DNA of 64,000 nt from contig NC_082730.1 of assembly GCF_030144855.1 (NCBI RefSeq), forward strand, positions 15,252,001-15,316,000, given 5' to 3'. This document shows, in pieces, positions 1-12,500 of this stretch (positions are counted from its first letter, which is position 1; every line of letters starts with the position of its first letter). Source of the DNA: Hypanus sabinus (lineage: Eukaryota). A model generated the notes under the pieces. That model was not told where the DNA came from. It saw only the letters and a list, made by a program, of their open reading frames with translations, and made no database searches. The position numbers and the translations under genes are program-made.

Positions 1-254
1 ATGCTGATGAGAACAGGTGCAGAGATCAAAACATCTTCCGCAAAGCATTTTTGTTTCAGCAACTTTATCACTGAACAGCAATAACAATTTGGTGAAGAAA
101 AGTAAAGCCTTCTTCTGCCATTATGTGGCCATCATCTTATGATCTGAAATGATTGGGCAATGCAGGGAAAGGTTGCAACAGTTTGTTTACTGAGGCATCC
201 ATTGATACTTAACTATATTCTGGTTTTATGAGACAAGTAGAGAGCACAGAAGCC

Positions 255-392
255 TGAACACAGACTCAAGGCGGTAATTGTTGCCAAAAGTGCATCTACT
301 AAGTACTTAGTTGAAGGGGTGAATACTTTTGCAATTAATTATTTTGTGTTTTATATTTCAAATAACTTACATCATTTTGTAGAGATCTGCTT
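255..392 (+). mobile_element. Tc1-like transposon fragment (transposase 3' end and inner part of the terminal inverted repeat)
   Basis: Reverse complement of about 36038-36170 of the Tc1 remnant (AAKGASTKY-type C-terminus, gaatacttttgcaattaattattttgtg, gtagagatctgcttt); ends abruptly where the CR1 begins. Confidence 0.75.
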
Positions 393-1990
393 TCAAAGGA
401 GAGGAGGTGTTGGAGTTGTTAAAGTACATTAGGACGCATAAGTCCCCGGGGCCTGACGGAATATTCCCCAGGCTGCTCCACGAGGCGAGAGAAGAGATTG
501 CTGAGCCTCTGGCTAGGATCTTTATGTCCTCGTTGGCTACTGGAATGGTACTGGAGAATTGGAGGGAGGCGAATGTTGTCCCCTTGATCAAAAAAGTTAG
601 TAGTGATAGTCCAGGTAATTATAGACCAGTGCACCTTACGTCTGTGGTGGGAAAGCTGTTGGAAAAGATTCTTAGAGATAGGATCCATGGGCATTTAGAG
701 AATCATAGTCTGATCAGGGACAGTCAGCATGGCTTTGTGAAGGGCAGATCGTGCCTAACTAGCCTGATAGAGTTCTTTGAGGAGGTGACCGGGTATCTAG
801 ATGAGGGTAGTGCAATGGATGGGATCTACATGTATTTTAGGAAGGCATTTAACAAGGTTCCACATGGTACGCTTATTCAGAAAGTCAGAAGGCATGGGAT
901 CCAGGAAAGTTTGGCCAGGTGGATTCAGAATTGGCTTGCCTGCAGAAGGCAGAGTGTTGGCGTGGAGGGACTGCATTCAGATTGGAGGGTTGTGACTAGT
1001 GGTGTCCCACAAGGATCTGTTCTGGGACCTCTACTTTTTGTGATTTTTATTAAGAACTTGGATGTGGGGGTAGAAGGGTGGGATGGCAAGTTTGCAGATG
1101 ACACAAAGGTTGGTGATGTTGTAGATAGTGTAGAGGAATGTCAAAGATTGCAGAGAGACATTGATAGGATGCAGAAGTGGGCTGAGAAGGGGCAGATGGA
1201 GTTCAACCTGGAGGAGTGTGAGGTGGTACACTTTGGAAGGACAAACTCCAAGGCAGAGTACAAAGACATAGTAAGTGGCAGGATACTTGATAGTGTGGAG
1301 GAGCAGAGGGATCTGGAGATACATGTCCACAGATCCCTGAAAGTTGCCTCACAGGTAGATAGAGTAGTTAAGAAAGCTTATGGGGTGTTAGCTTTCATAA
1401 GTCGAGGGATAGAGTTTAAGAGATGCGATGTAATGATACAGCTCTCTAAAACTCTAGTTAGGCCACACTTGGAGTACTGTGTCCAGTTCTGGTCGCCTCA
1501 CTATAGGAAGGATGTGGAAGCATTGGAATGGGTATAGAGGAGATTTTCCAGGATGCTGCCTGTTTTAGAGAGTACGCATTATAATCAGAGATTAAGGGAA
1601 CTAAGGCTTTACTCTTTGGGGAACAGGAGGATGAGAGGAGACATGATAGAGGTGTACAAGATATTAAGAGGAATAGACAGAGTGGACAGCCAGTGCCCCT
1701 TCCCCAGGGCACCACTGCTCAGTACAAGAGGACTTTGTTTTAAGGTAAGGGGAGGGAAGTTCAAGGGGGATATTAGAGGAAGGTTTTTCACTCAGGGAGT
1801 GGTTTGTGCCTGGAATGCACTGCCTGAGTCAGTGATGGAGGCAGATACACTAGTGAATTTTAAGAGACTACTAGATAGGTATATGGAGGAATTTAAGGTG
1901 GGGGTTTATATGGGAGGCAGGGTTTGAGGGTTGGCACAATGTTGTGGGCCAAAGGGCCTGTAATGTGCTGTACTATTCTATGTTCTATGT
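393..1990 (+). mobile_element. 5'-truncated CR1-type LINE (ORF2 reverse transcriptase remnant plus 3' tail)
   Basis: ORFs 407-1537 and 1553-1927 in one frame, split by a single TAG; motifs [42 protein letters not shown]; 3' end tgtactattctatgttctatgt. Confidence 0.92.
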
Positions 1991-2063
1991 TAAACTGCCA
2001 TCTTTGCCAAAGGGCCTGTAATGTGCTGTACTATTCTATGTTCTATGTTAAGCTGCCATCTTT
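1948..2063. repeat. 58-bp tandem duplication at the CR1 3' end / flank junction
   Basis: gccaaagggcctgtaatgtgctgtactattctatgttctatgttaa(a/g)ctgccatcttt at 1948-2005 and 2006-2063, one mismatch. Confidence 0.95.
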
Positions 2064-2690
2064 GACAAAGTTCTATAGATGCACAGTGGGGAGTAGTCTT
2101 ACTGGTTGCATCATGGCAAGGTATGAAAACACTAATGTCCTTGAATGGATAAACCTATAAAAGGTAGTGGATAAAGTCCAGTTGATCACAGATAAACCCC
2201 TCCTCACTGTGGGACACATTGTCATACTAAAACCAGCATCCATCATCAACCAGGCCATGCTCTCTTCTTCCTGTTGATGTTAGAAGGCAGGTACAGGAGC
2301 CTCATGTCCCACACCACCAGGATCAGGAACAGATATTACCCCTTAACCTTCGGGCTTCGGAACCAGAGTGGATAATTTCACTTATCACTGAACTGATTCC
2401 ACAACGTCTGGACTCACTTTCAAGGATTCTACAGCTCATAAACACAAAATACTCAGCAGATGCTGGGTTCAAAGCAACACATTGTGCATTCTACAATTCA
2501 TGTTCTCAAATATTATAATGTTTTTCTTTTAGTATGTCCACATTTTCTTTCTTATACTCATTGGTTATTTGTCTGTCTTTGTTTATGTGCAGTTTTCATT
2601 GATTCTGTTGTGTTTCTCTGGATTTACGCTGAATGCCTGAAAGGAAATGAAATTGTATATGGTGACATAATAGAGTATGTTCTTTAATAA
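2064..2690 (+). mobile_element. Rex1/Babar-like LINE 3' remnant (part of duplicated block A)
   Basis: Same sequence family as 15826-16910 and, inverted, 33740-34376 (track ORFs 2073-2258 and 34173-34358 are near-identical on opposite strands). Confidence 0.6.
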
Positions 2691-3429
2691 TAAGTTTAGT
2701 TTCTTTTCTGAGAATGATACAATCAGTTGATCAACATATTATTAAAAATGATTGAAATTGGGTGCATTTCCAGTCAAGGTTCAAAGGTCTTAAAGATGAA
2801 TGAACAATGGAATTAAAAGTTGGGGATTGACCAACATGAGTGGTTACAACTTGATGCAGCTTGCAATGGTCACTGGGGTATGAATCTGCAAATGGAAGGT
2901 GCTACTTTTCTCAGAAAAACATGTAAATGTAACCAATGGATGTAGAAATGGCCTCGAAGCTGCAACATGAAGGGAGCTGTTTGCAAATATAAAAATCATC
3001 TCTGCAAGATAACAAAGTGCAAAATATTGAAGGATTCTTTGTAATCAGATAATGATGTGGTATAGCATAAGTTTTTTTTTCCACACAGTGGATCAGAAAG
3101 AGAATAAATAAGACCAAAGTTCATCATTACATTGAAAACTGAGGCAGGTCACTATAATGCAGCAAGTTTCAACATGGACTAAAACTGCTGTCAACACACC
3201 AAGTTTGAGTTTAGTTTAGTTGTATATCTTTCAACATTGATCAAGATTATGTCATTTTCTTTGACTAATATGACAGAGGATTCACATTTTAATGTGTCAA
3301 GTTTCAGTAACAGACAGACTGTAGTTTCAAGATCAGGCACCTGAATCAGCATGGATAACTTCACTCTCCTCAACACTGAACTGATCATTAAACACAATGG
3401 GCTCACTTTCAAGGACTTTCCTCAGCTCA

Positions 3430-3627
3430 TGTCCTCATTATTTCCTTCCTGTCCATGTAGCCCATTTGTTTCCACTGAAACTGAATTTGGTGACCACAGC
3501 GCCAACACATTGCGTGTGACTGACTTACTGTTGTAGAGGAGCAATCAATTGTGATCACCTTTCTTACAACTCCTGTTACCCCATCTCTCCATCTCCAGAA
3601 TTCCATCTCTCTGTAACCAAAAGTAAA
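3430..3627 (-). pseudogene. Truncated, frameshifted CD300/MDIR-like IgV exon (pseudogene A)
   Basis: Minus strand encodes GVVRKVITIDC...WSPNSVSVETNGLHGQEGN across frameshifts, homologous to GVVGRVITIDC...WTPQCSILVETKGQHGRRGR of the intact exon; acceptor ttcaatttcag at 3628; 3' half of the domain absent. Confidence 0.85.
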
Positions 3628-3639
3628 CTGAAATTGAAA

Positions 3640-3960
3640 GCAAAATCCTTGAGGATCTGAAGACAATTCACAATTGGAGCGAATGAAGGTGAGAGGCAAC
3701 ATAATAGAGCTGTATAAGATGATCAGAGGCATAGATTGAGCAGATATCCAGAGAACATCTCAGGGCAGAAATGGCTAATGTGTGGGGGAATACTTTCAAA
3801 GAGATTGGAGGAAAGTATTGAGAAGGTGTCAGAGGTATGTTCTTGACACAGAGAGGTGGGTGCACGGAATGCCTTGCCAGGAGTGATGGCAGAGGCAGAT
3901 ACATTTAAAAAACTCTTAGATAGGCTTATGGATGGTAGGAGAGCTTTAGAAGGGAAGGAT
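3640..3960 (+). mobile_element. CR1 3' fragment
   Basis: LRGNIIELYKMIRGID-type coding remnant and tail; also present in copies B (18730-18960) and C (32455-32570, inverted). Confidence 0.7.
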
Positions 3961-5075
3961 TAGTTTGATCTTATAGTAACACACAATTACTGGAGAAACT
4001 TAGCAGGTCAGGCAGCTTGTAGAGAAACAGGTACTGTCTACGTTTCAGGCTCCCTTCCCCTCCAATTCAGCATCCACTCCACAATTTTCAGGAACAGTAA
4101 TTACCCTTCAACCATCAGACTCCTGAACCGATGTGGAACACTTCAGTTCTGAATTGACTCTGAACCCATGCAATCAGTCTCACTTTCAGCGATTCTGCAG
4201 CTCACACTGTCAGTATAAAAATAATGTATTATAATGTGTATTTTCACTTGCACTATTTGTCTTCTTTTGCAGCTTGGTTGTCTGACTTCTTTTAAGTAGG
4301 TTTACACAAATTCTATCACATTGGTTTATTTTTCTCTAAATGCCTGAAAGGAAATGAATCTCACGGTAGTAAACAGTGACATAAACGTACTTTGATAGTA
4401 AATTTACTTTGAATTTGACTAGTGCAGCACTTTGTCAAAGGCCTTCTGAAGATCCAAGTAAACAACATCCACTGATGGACAAAGTCTTCTTTCTCTGTGC
4501 AGCCTGTTAATTCCTTAAGGAATTGCAACAAATTTGTCAGGGTAGATTTCTCCTTAAGCAAATTATGCTGACTTCAGCCTATTTTACCATCGATCTCCAA
4601 GTACTCAGATTCTAACATCTTACCAACCAATGCAGTCAGGTTAATTGGCCTGTAATTTCCTGCTTTTTGTCTCTGTCCCTTCTGAAATTGAGGACTGTAA
4701 TTTTCCAGTCCTCTGGAACCATACATGAAAGATCATTACTCATGCCTCCACAACCTTTTCAGTTACCTCAATCAGAACCCTTAGGTACAGTCCAGGTAAC
4801 TGACCCTGTTTCACAATGTCCTCTCTCCTATTTACACTATCTTCTCTCTCCACTCAGATTCAATACAGGGTTTTGACACAAACCATTAACAACTCCTTCC
4901 TCTCTGACAGATGCTGCTTGGCCTGCTGAGTTCCACCAGGGCTTTTCTCTGAAATCCAGAACCTGACATCTCTAGTGCTACACATATGCAAGTACTGTTC
5001 TAGAAATGATGCAAGACACGCCCCCCCCCAAACCTATACTGAATATAAAAATGTCCCATGCTGGTTGTCACTCAC

Positions 5076-5112
5076 CGGGTAGGAAACGTATCAGAAGAAT
5101 CGAAATCCACAT
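5076..5112 (-). pseudogene. Signal-peptide exon of pseudogene A (MWISILLIRFLP, phase 1)
   Basis: Minus strand ATG TGG ATT TCG ATT CTT CTG ATA CGT TTC CTA CCC G|gtgagt; homologous to leaders at 32297 and 49023. Confidence 0.85.
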
Positions 5113-5235
5113 CACAGAGTCCTGTTCAGCATTTGTCTGTTCACAGAGTGAAATTACTGTTGAATAAAAATGAGGAGGAAGGAGGCAGGAAGTCTGATCA
5201 TGAAACCACATTGAGCCAATGTGATCATATGCAAA

Positions 5236-5560
5236 GCAACACACAAAATTCTGGAGGAACTCAGCAGGTCAGGCAGAACCTATGGAAATGAACATACAGT
5301 TGATGTTTCGGACCGAGATCCTTTATCAGGTCAGAAAAAGAAAGGGAAAGGCACCAGGATGAAAAGATGGGGTGAAGGGATGCAGGCTAGCTGGAAAATG
5401 ATGTGAGGTCAAGTGGGTGGGTACGGTAAAGGACTGGAGAGGAAGGAATCTCATAGAAGAGCACAGTGGAACATAGAAAAAATGGTAGGAGGGTACCTAG
5501 GGGGTAGTGGTAGGAAGGTGGGTTGATGTAAATGGCCAGAATATCAAAAGCTCTTAATTA
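5236..5560 (-). mobile_element. Penelope-like pseudo-LTR/tail fragment
   Basis: Homologous to the 47280-47637 terminus (acacacaaaat..ctggaggaactcagcagg..gatgtttcggaccgagatcctttatcagg). Confidence 0.65.
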
Positions 5561-7731
5561 AAATTAAACAAAATAAAAGACAATTCACACCGACTGGTAG
5601 AAATGATGAGAAAAGTTGAATTGTTAAGAACCAGCAACAGGAGACGTATAATCTGGAGAAAAAAAAATACTGCTGGAGGTGTCAGGAAGCAGGGTTTTAA
5701 ACTGAAGTGTTGACCATTCTGCATCTGCTGATGCTGTCTGACCCCTAGGTTCCTCAAGGAGTGTGTTTTCTTGCGAGTTAAAATGTCAGCTGTGATGAGT
5801 CATTGAGTAAAGGGTTCACGACAAAAAGTTGACTGAGGAAGAGAAAAGAAGGAGAGGAAGAGTAAAGTTATGGTCGAGAGGTTCAGTTGTTCTTCAGAAC
5901 AAATGTCAGATTGGGTAGAAATGTGGTCTAGGTGTCTTTATTGTGGAATGATTGTAGGTGCCAGAAGGGGTAGTGGGAGTATCTCAGTAACTGCTGATCT
6001 CCTGGGATTTGCACACACTACAGTCTAAAGTTTACAGAACATGGTGCAAAATGGAAAAAAGAAACCTTGCGAGTGGCAGTTCTGTGGGTGAAAATGCACT
6101 GTTAGCACGAAAGCCAGAGGAGAATGGTCAGACTGGTTCATGTTGACAGTAAGGGTCAGTAACTCAACAAAACATGCATTTACCACAGTGGAGAGCAGAA
6201 GAGCATCTTGGAATGCATAATACGCTGAACCTTGATGTGGATGGGCTACAGCAGGTGAAGACCACTGACATACACACAGTGGCACTTTATCGGGTACCTC
6301 CTGTTGAGTTTACGTTGAGTGTTATTTTGTGCGTGAGTGGAATAGTCTGCCCCCCCATACCCCTCCCCCTTCCATTTTTAATAACACCAGGGATTTAACT
6401 AAACCCACAGCCTTAGCAGTTGATGCAGATTTTGTTGACAGAGGCAGAGGGAAATGTCTGAATGTCTCTGAGCCTGTAACATTGAACAATCATGTTAGCA
6501 GTGATAAATTAGCTCAATGTTTAAATTTAGAAGAATAAGAATGGGTTCACATTTAAGGCAAGTTAAGCTTTTTAACAAATATATATAAATCAAATAAATA
6601 GCTCCAATTACCTCCACTATGCAGTTTGTTTCTCCTGTGGACCCCTCTATCCTTGTACTGGCAATGGATTCCCATCAAAAATGGGGAGGCCTTTGATCAT
6701 TGGGGATCCGCATGAGTGGTCACAAGGTAAACAACAATTCTGCTTCTGCACACTGACCTAAAACTTGACTATTGAATGTCAGTAACATTCTCCACTTACT
6801 GCTAATCAACATGAAGTGGATTAGAACTCAAAGCAGACTCTGGTCATATTGCATCACTTCCTCACATATCAGGTGAAGGATGTTATGTCATCTGATCACT
6901 TGTACTCGATCAATAATCTATGTTTTCTAGCTTCATAGTTACAACAATGGAGTTACCTTCTGTCATTTTCAAAGAAGATAATTTATTGTGCAATCATGGG
7001 TTACAGTCACAGATCGGCTTCGAGATACACATCTCCATTTTGGAATTTCACAGCCCGTTGACCGATACAAGCTCCAACAAGTTGTGGATCACTCATTCTA
7101 TTCAGCTCCCTATATTACTTTCTATTGTTTTTTGTCCTTTCACACCTTTCTACAGTGGCACAATTGTACCTGTATTGAATAATTCTTCACAGCAATCATT
7201 GTGTAGCAATATTTCTGAACACACAAGCAAATTAAGCTGATGGCGTGTTGGATTGTGGCGGTTTCTATAACCTCAATCACATGTATTATTGTCCTTTTTA
7301 AATGTATTTTTTTGCAAGCACATGACCCTGCAGGACATTAAGAACTTAAAGTATCGCAGGTGTACCCCGTCAGTGAGTTTCTCGTCGGTGGAGAAAGAGA
7401 AGGAGCTGGACTTGGTGCGGCCTGTGATGTTGCATGGGACAGAGAGGTTTTGGTGCACAAAGATACTGTGCAAACTCACAGCAAGTGATCATCTTAGTCG
7501 ATTTCCTTGCAATCACACAAACTTGTGGAAATTTTGAATTTGGAATTCTGCAAGTCGGGGGTGGAGTTTCAAGATGACGACGTAAACATCTGCCTTTTAG
7601 GCGCTCTTCACTTTTCTAACTATAATCACCCTTTAATCAAATCTTTTCGAATTTAATCAAATGAGTTGATATTTTCGATTGACTTTTTTTTCTTTTAAAA
7701 CTATATTTGATCTAACTTTGCCGAACTTAAA

Positions 7732-8619
7732 ATGGCTACAAGTAAGAAATCGTCTAAGGAGCCTTTATCTATCGATGCAATTTCTAATCTTCTGGACACT
7801 AAACTTGCAAGTTTGGATAGCAAGCTGGAAAGTAAAATGGCAAGTTTGGAAGACAAGCTGGAAAGTAAAATGGCAAGTTTGGAAAGTAGAATGGCAAGTT
7901 TGGAAAACACGTTTACCACGAAAATGTCTGAACTTGAAGGAGCTGTTAAATCGCTTGATACTAAGTTTCAGTCACAGGCAGCGGATATTCAGCGGCATGA
8001 AGATAAGTTGGAGACCCTTGAAAAATTAATTGTTGAAAAAGCATGTACACTTGAGGAGTTGGATAAGAAGGTACAATCGATTCTTAAAGTTGTAAATCAG
8101 CATAAGTTTAAAATTACTGATCTCGAAAATCGATCTCGCAGACAGAATTTGCGTATTATCGGGTTTTCCGAAAAAGTTGAGTCCGGTGATTTAACTGAAT
8201 TTTTCTCTAATTTACTGTGGGAAATTTTCGGTGAAGGTTTGGAAACTAAACCTGTTATTGACCGTGCTCACAGAGTTGCGAGGTTTTCGTCTATGTCTGA
8301 TAAACCACGAGCGGTGATTGTTCGCCTTCATTATCCTCGTGAGAAAGAGCTTTTAATTCGATTAGCTCGTAAAAAAGGTATGATTTCTTACAATAACTTC
8401 CAATTTCGAATTGTTGAGGATTATTCTTATGAGGTTATGAGAGCCAGAATCGCTTTTAAACCAGTGATGGCAGAGATTCACTCGATTGGACTTAAACAAG
8501 CTTTAATGTATCCAGCGAAGCTTAGAATTGTGCTGGACGACAACAGTCAACGATCTTTCAACACTCCGGAAGAAGCGAAGAAATTTGTTGAAGAATTTCG
8601 ATCTTCTACTGCAACTTGA
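7732..8619 (+). CDS. ORF1: L1 ORF1p (coiled coil, RRM and CTD; 295 aa)
   Basis: Coiled coil followed by LENRSRRQNLRIIG, IDRAHRV, KPRAVIVR, YPAKLRI, typical of L1 ORF1p. Confidence 0.92.
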   Translation: MATSKKSSKEPLSIDAISNLLDTKLASLDSKLESKMASLEDKLESKMASLESRMASLENTFTTKMSELEGAVKSLDTKFQSQAADIQRHEDKLETLEKLIVEKACTLEELDKKVQSILKVVNQHKFKITDLENRSRRQNLRIIGFSEKVESGDLTEFFSNLLWEIFGEGLETKPVIDRAHRVARFSSMSDKPRAVIVRLHYPREKELLIRLARKKGMISYNNFQFRIVEDYSYEVMRARIAFKPVMAEIHSIGLKQALMYPAKLRIVLDDNSQRSFNTPEEAKKFVEEFRSSTAT

Positions 8620-9529
8620 ACTATGTGTTATGTGGAAGATTTTTCGGAGAGAGGATATCTTTCTATTTTAAGTTTTAACCTATGAAGCTGGGTTATAACT
8701 TTTTATTTTTTGATCTATGGGTCCGGTTTTTTTTACTAGCATCATTGTTTATAGATGTTCTTTTTAATTTTGATAATATTTTTTTTCTTTCTGTTTTGGT
8801 TATATACGTTTATATTTTGCAATAATGATTTACCTTTTTTTTAAGATGTCGTTTCTTTTTCCCGTAAGATTCTGTTATTTACAAGCATTTATCTGTTTGC
8901 CTGTACTCAGATATGGGACGAATGTTTTGGATTTTTGGTTTTTTTTATATGTATTGTACTGTTTATTATATCCCTTTTTTTAAATATTATTTTGTCTTTT
9001 AATAGATTGCTGAACTCACATTTGTATTTAGTAATATGGCTTTTTCAAAATGGCGTTTCTTCTTCCCATAAGTCTTTGCTTTTGAAACGTCATCTTGTAT
9101 TTGAACATGGGATTTTTTTTTAAAGGTATATTACACTTTTAAATTTTGACGTTTATACTTTTTTTTATTAATGATTGTTGTATTATATTAGTTTTCTTTT
9201 ATTCTGATTGATATATATATATTTTTTTGCAACTCTATATCTTAATTTGGGTGTTATATAGTTTTCTTTTAATCTTTTTTATAGAGCTGCCATCTTGAAA
9301 TGGGGGTACTATTAGTATTAGATTATGCGCCTGCCGCTTGGCTTTTTTTCGAAGGGTGGGGGGAGGGGGTAGGGATCTTTTTTCACGCTTTTGCTTTTTA
9401 TTTTTTTTGCTTTTAGTTTATGGGCCGACTTTAAACTATTAATATTGTTGAGGTGTCATGTTCTCCGGTTGCTCCTGAATCAATTTTCCTCCTTCCTGAA
9501 TTGTGGGTTATGTGTCTTTCTAACCTTTT

Positions 9530-12500
9530 ATGATACACACAATTAATATTGGTATGATGGATAAATCTGTTAACTTTATCTCCTGGAATACTAATGGTTT
9601 AAATCATCCGATTAAACGTAAAAAAATATTTAAAGTATTCCATAGACTGAATGCTAATATTATCTTTGCACAGGAGACCCATATCAGGAGGGAGGATAAT
9701 CAACGTTTTTTTAGGTTCCGGAAGGGTCAACAATTTCATTCGAATTGTACCGCTAAAATTAGGGGTGTGTCTATTTTTATAGATCCCTCAATATCGTTTA
9801 CACATCATGAAATTATCTCTGACCCACAGGGTAGATTTTTGTTGATAACTGGCTTACTTTTCCATCGGAAAGTTGTTCTAGTTAATATTTATGCTCCAAA
9901 CTTTGACTGCCCTGAATTTTTTAAACGTTTATTTACTTCTCTTCCTAATCTAAATGAATATATGTTGATAATGGGTGGAGATTTTAATTGTTGTTTGAAT
10001 CCTTCGATGGATAGATCTAAACCTATTCGTACTCTTCCGAATAGATCAGCCCTACTTATTAATTCATTTATGGTTGACTCGGGAATTGCAGAAATATGGC
10101 GGTTTTTGAACCCTAAAGATAAAGAATTTTCATTTTTTTCACATGTATATCATAGCTATTCTAGAATTGACTATTTTCTTATTGATCATCGGTTATTAAC
10201 GGATGTTATTGATTGTAAATATGATTCTATTACTATTTCGGATCATGCACCTTTGAAGTTATCTATTAAGATTTCGGACTATTCCAATAATATCAGATCT
10301 TGGAGGCTTAACGCTACTTTGCTTCAAGACCCAGAATTTATTACTTATATAAAACAGCAAATTGACTTGTTCTTCTCTACAAACTGTACTGAAGAAATCG
10401 ACAGAGGAATACTTTGGGACTCTTTTAAGGCTTTTATTCGTGGTCAAATTATCTCATATTCTGCTGGTAAAAGAAAACAAAGATATTTAGATATTGCTTT
10501 ATTGGTGGATAAAATCAAGGAAATTGATAAGATTTATTCCGTGACTCCTACCAAAGAACTTTATAAGAAGAGAGTTGAGCTTCAAATGGAACATAGTTTA
10601 CTATTATCTTCTTCAATTGAAAATCAATTAATTAGGACCAGGGCTCAATTTTATATTCATAGTGATCGTACTGGTAAACTGTTAGCTAATCAATTAAAGG
10701 CTATCTCGACTAAGCGACAAATTATTAAAATTCGCAAACAAGACGGTAATTTAACTACTGATCATAAAGAAATTAATAATACCTTTCAAGATTTTTATAA
10801 ATCTTTATATCATTCAGAATTTGATGGTGACCAGTCCATGATAGATAATTTTTTTAACAATTTGAATATTCCTAAACTGATTGATGAGGACCATAGCCTG
10901 TTAGATGCTCCTATTTCTATGGTGGAAATAGGAGAGGCTATCTCATCAATGAATTCAGGGAAAGCTCCTGGTCCTGATGGTTATATAGTAGAATTTTTTA
11001 AAACTTTTTCTTCTTTGCTCTCTCCTTGGTTATGTGAAATTTTTAATGATGCGTTTGCTAAGAAGAGATTACCTCAATCTTTTTATGAAGCTAATATTTC
11101 TCTAATTCTTAAAAAAGATAAAGATCCTACTTTATGTACATCTTATCGCCCTATATCACTATTAAATGTAGATTCTAAGATACTTACAAAAATTTTAGCT
11201 ATTAGATTAGAAAAAGTACTATCTCAGATTATTTCAGAAGATCAAACTGGTTTTATGAGGAATCGGTATTCCTTTTTTAATGTTAGAAAATTGATTAATA
11301 TAATTCATACTTCACCACCCACAATCCCAGAATGTGTTATCTCATTAGATGCTGAAAAAACTTTTGATAGAGTTGAATGGATATATTTATTTAATACATT
11401 GAGAAATTTTAATTTTAGTCCTAACTTTATATCATGGATTAAATTAATATATCATAAACCTGTTGCTTCTGTTTTTACAAATAACTATAGATCCTCTTTT
11501 TTTCAATTATCTCGTGGTACGAGACAAGGCTGTCCCTTAAGTCCTTTATTATTTAATATTGCATTAGAACCTTTAGCTATTGCTATTCGTGAATCTCCTA
11601 ATATTTTTGGTATTACCCGTAATGAGAAGTTATACAAATTATCACTTTATGCTGATGATTTGCTGTTATATATTTCTGACCCTGATAGGTCTATTCCCGT
11701 TATTTTATCCTTGTTGGTTCAATTTGGTACTTTTTCTGGTTATAAACTAAATTTAGATAAGAGTGAATTATTTCCTTTAAATGCACACACTTTATTGAGT
11801 GATAGGATACCATTTAAAGTTGTTACTGATAACTTTACCTATTTAGGTATAAAAATTACCAAGAAATATAAAGATTTATTTAGACTGAATTTTTTACCTA
11901 TGCTTCATCAAATTCATCAACTTACTACAAGATGGTCTCCTTTGTTTTTATCATTAATTGGTCGGATTAATGCTATTAAAATGATGATTTTACCGAAATT
12001 TTTATACTTATTTCAAGCCCTACCAGTTTTTATTCCTAAATCTTTTTTTGATAACATTGATTCAAAAATTTCCTCATTTGTGTGGCAAAATAAAAACCCT
12101 AGGTTAAGTAAAAAGCAATTACAAAAATCAAAAAAAGATGGTGGTTTAGCTTTACCCAATTTTAGATTTTATTATTGGGCAAATAATATTCGTAATTTAT
12201 TGTATTGGAAACTACATTTGGATTCACCACTGTGCCCACAGTGGGTAAATTTGAAATGTAATGAGGTAAAGGGATATTCTCTATTCTCTGTTCTTGGTTC
12301 TTGTCTTCCTGCGGATTTAATTAAATTTAATAAACAAATATCTAATCCTGTTATTAAACATACATTACGAATTTGGTTTAAATTTCGTAAGTTTTTTACT
12401 TTGAAAAACTTTGTTCTTGATAGCCCTATCTTACTTAATTTCTTTTTCAAACCCTCTTGGACAGATCAAGCTTTTAACATATGGAAAAGGAAAGGTATAA

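Larger units (their letters stand above)
2064..6840 (-). repeat. Segmental duplication copy A (inverted relative to copy C, about 30180-34376)
   Basis: Collinear reverse-complement matches read by eye: 5760-5870 vs 31140-31260, 6300-6500 vs 30500-30690, 6660-6750 vs 30265-30350, leader 5076-5112 vs 32297-32333, V pseudo-exon 3430-3627 vs 32612-32810. Confidence 0.88.
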
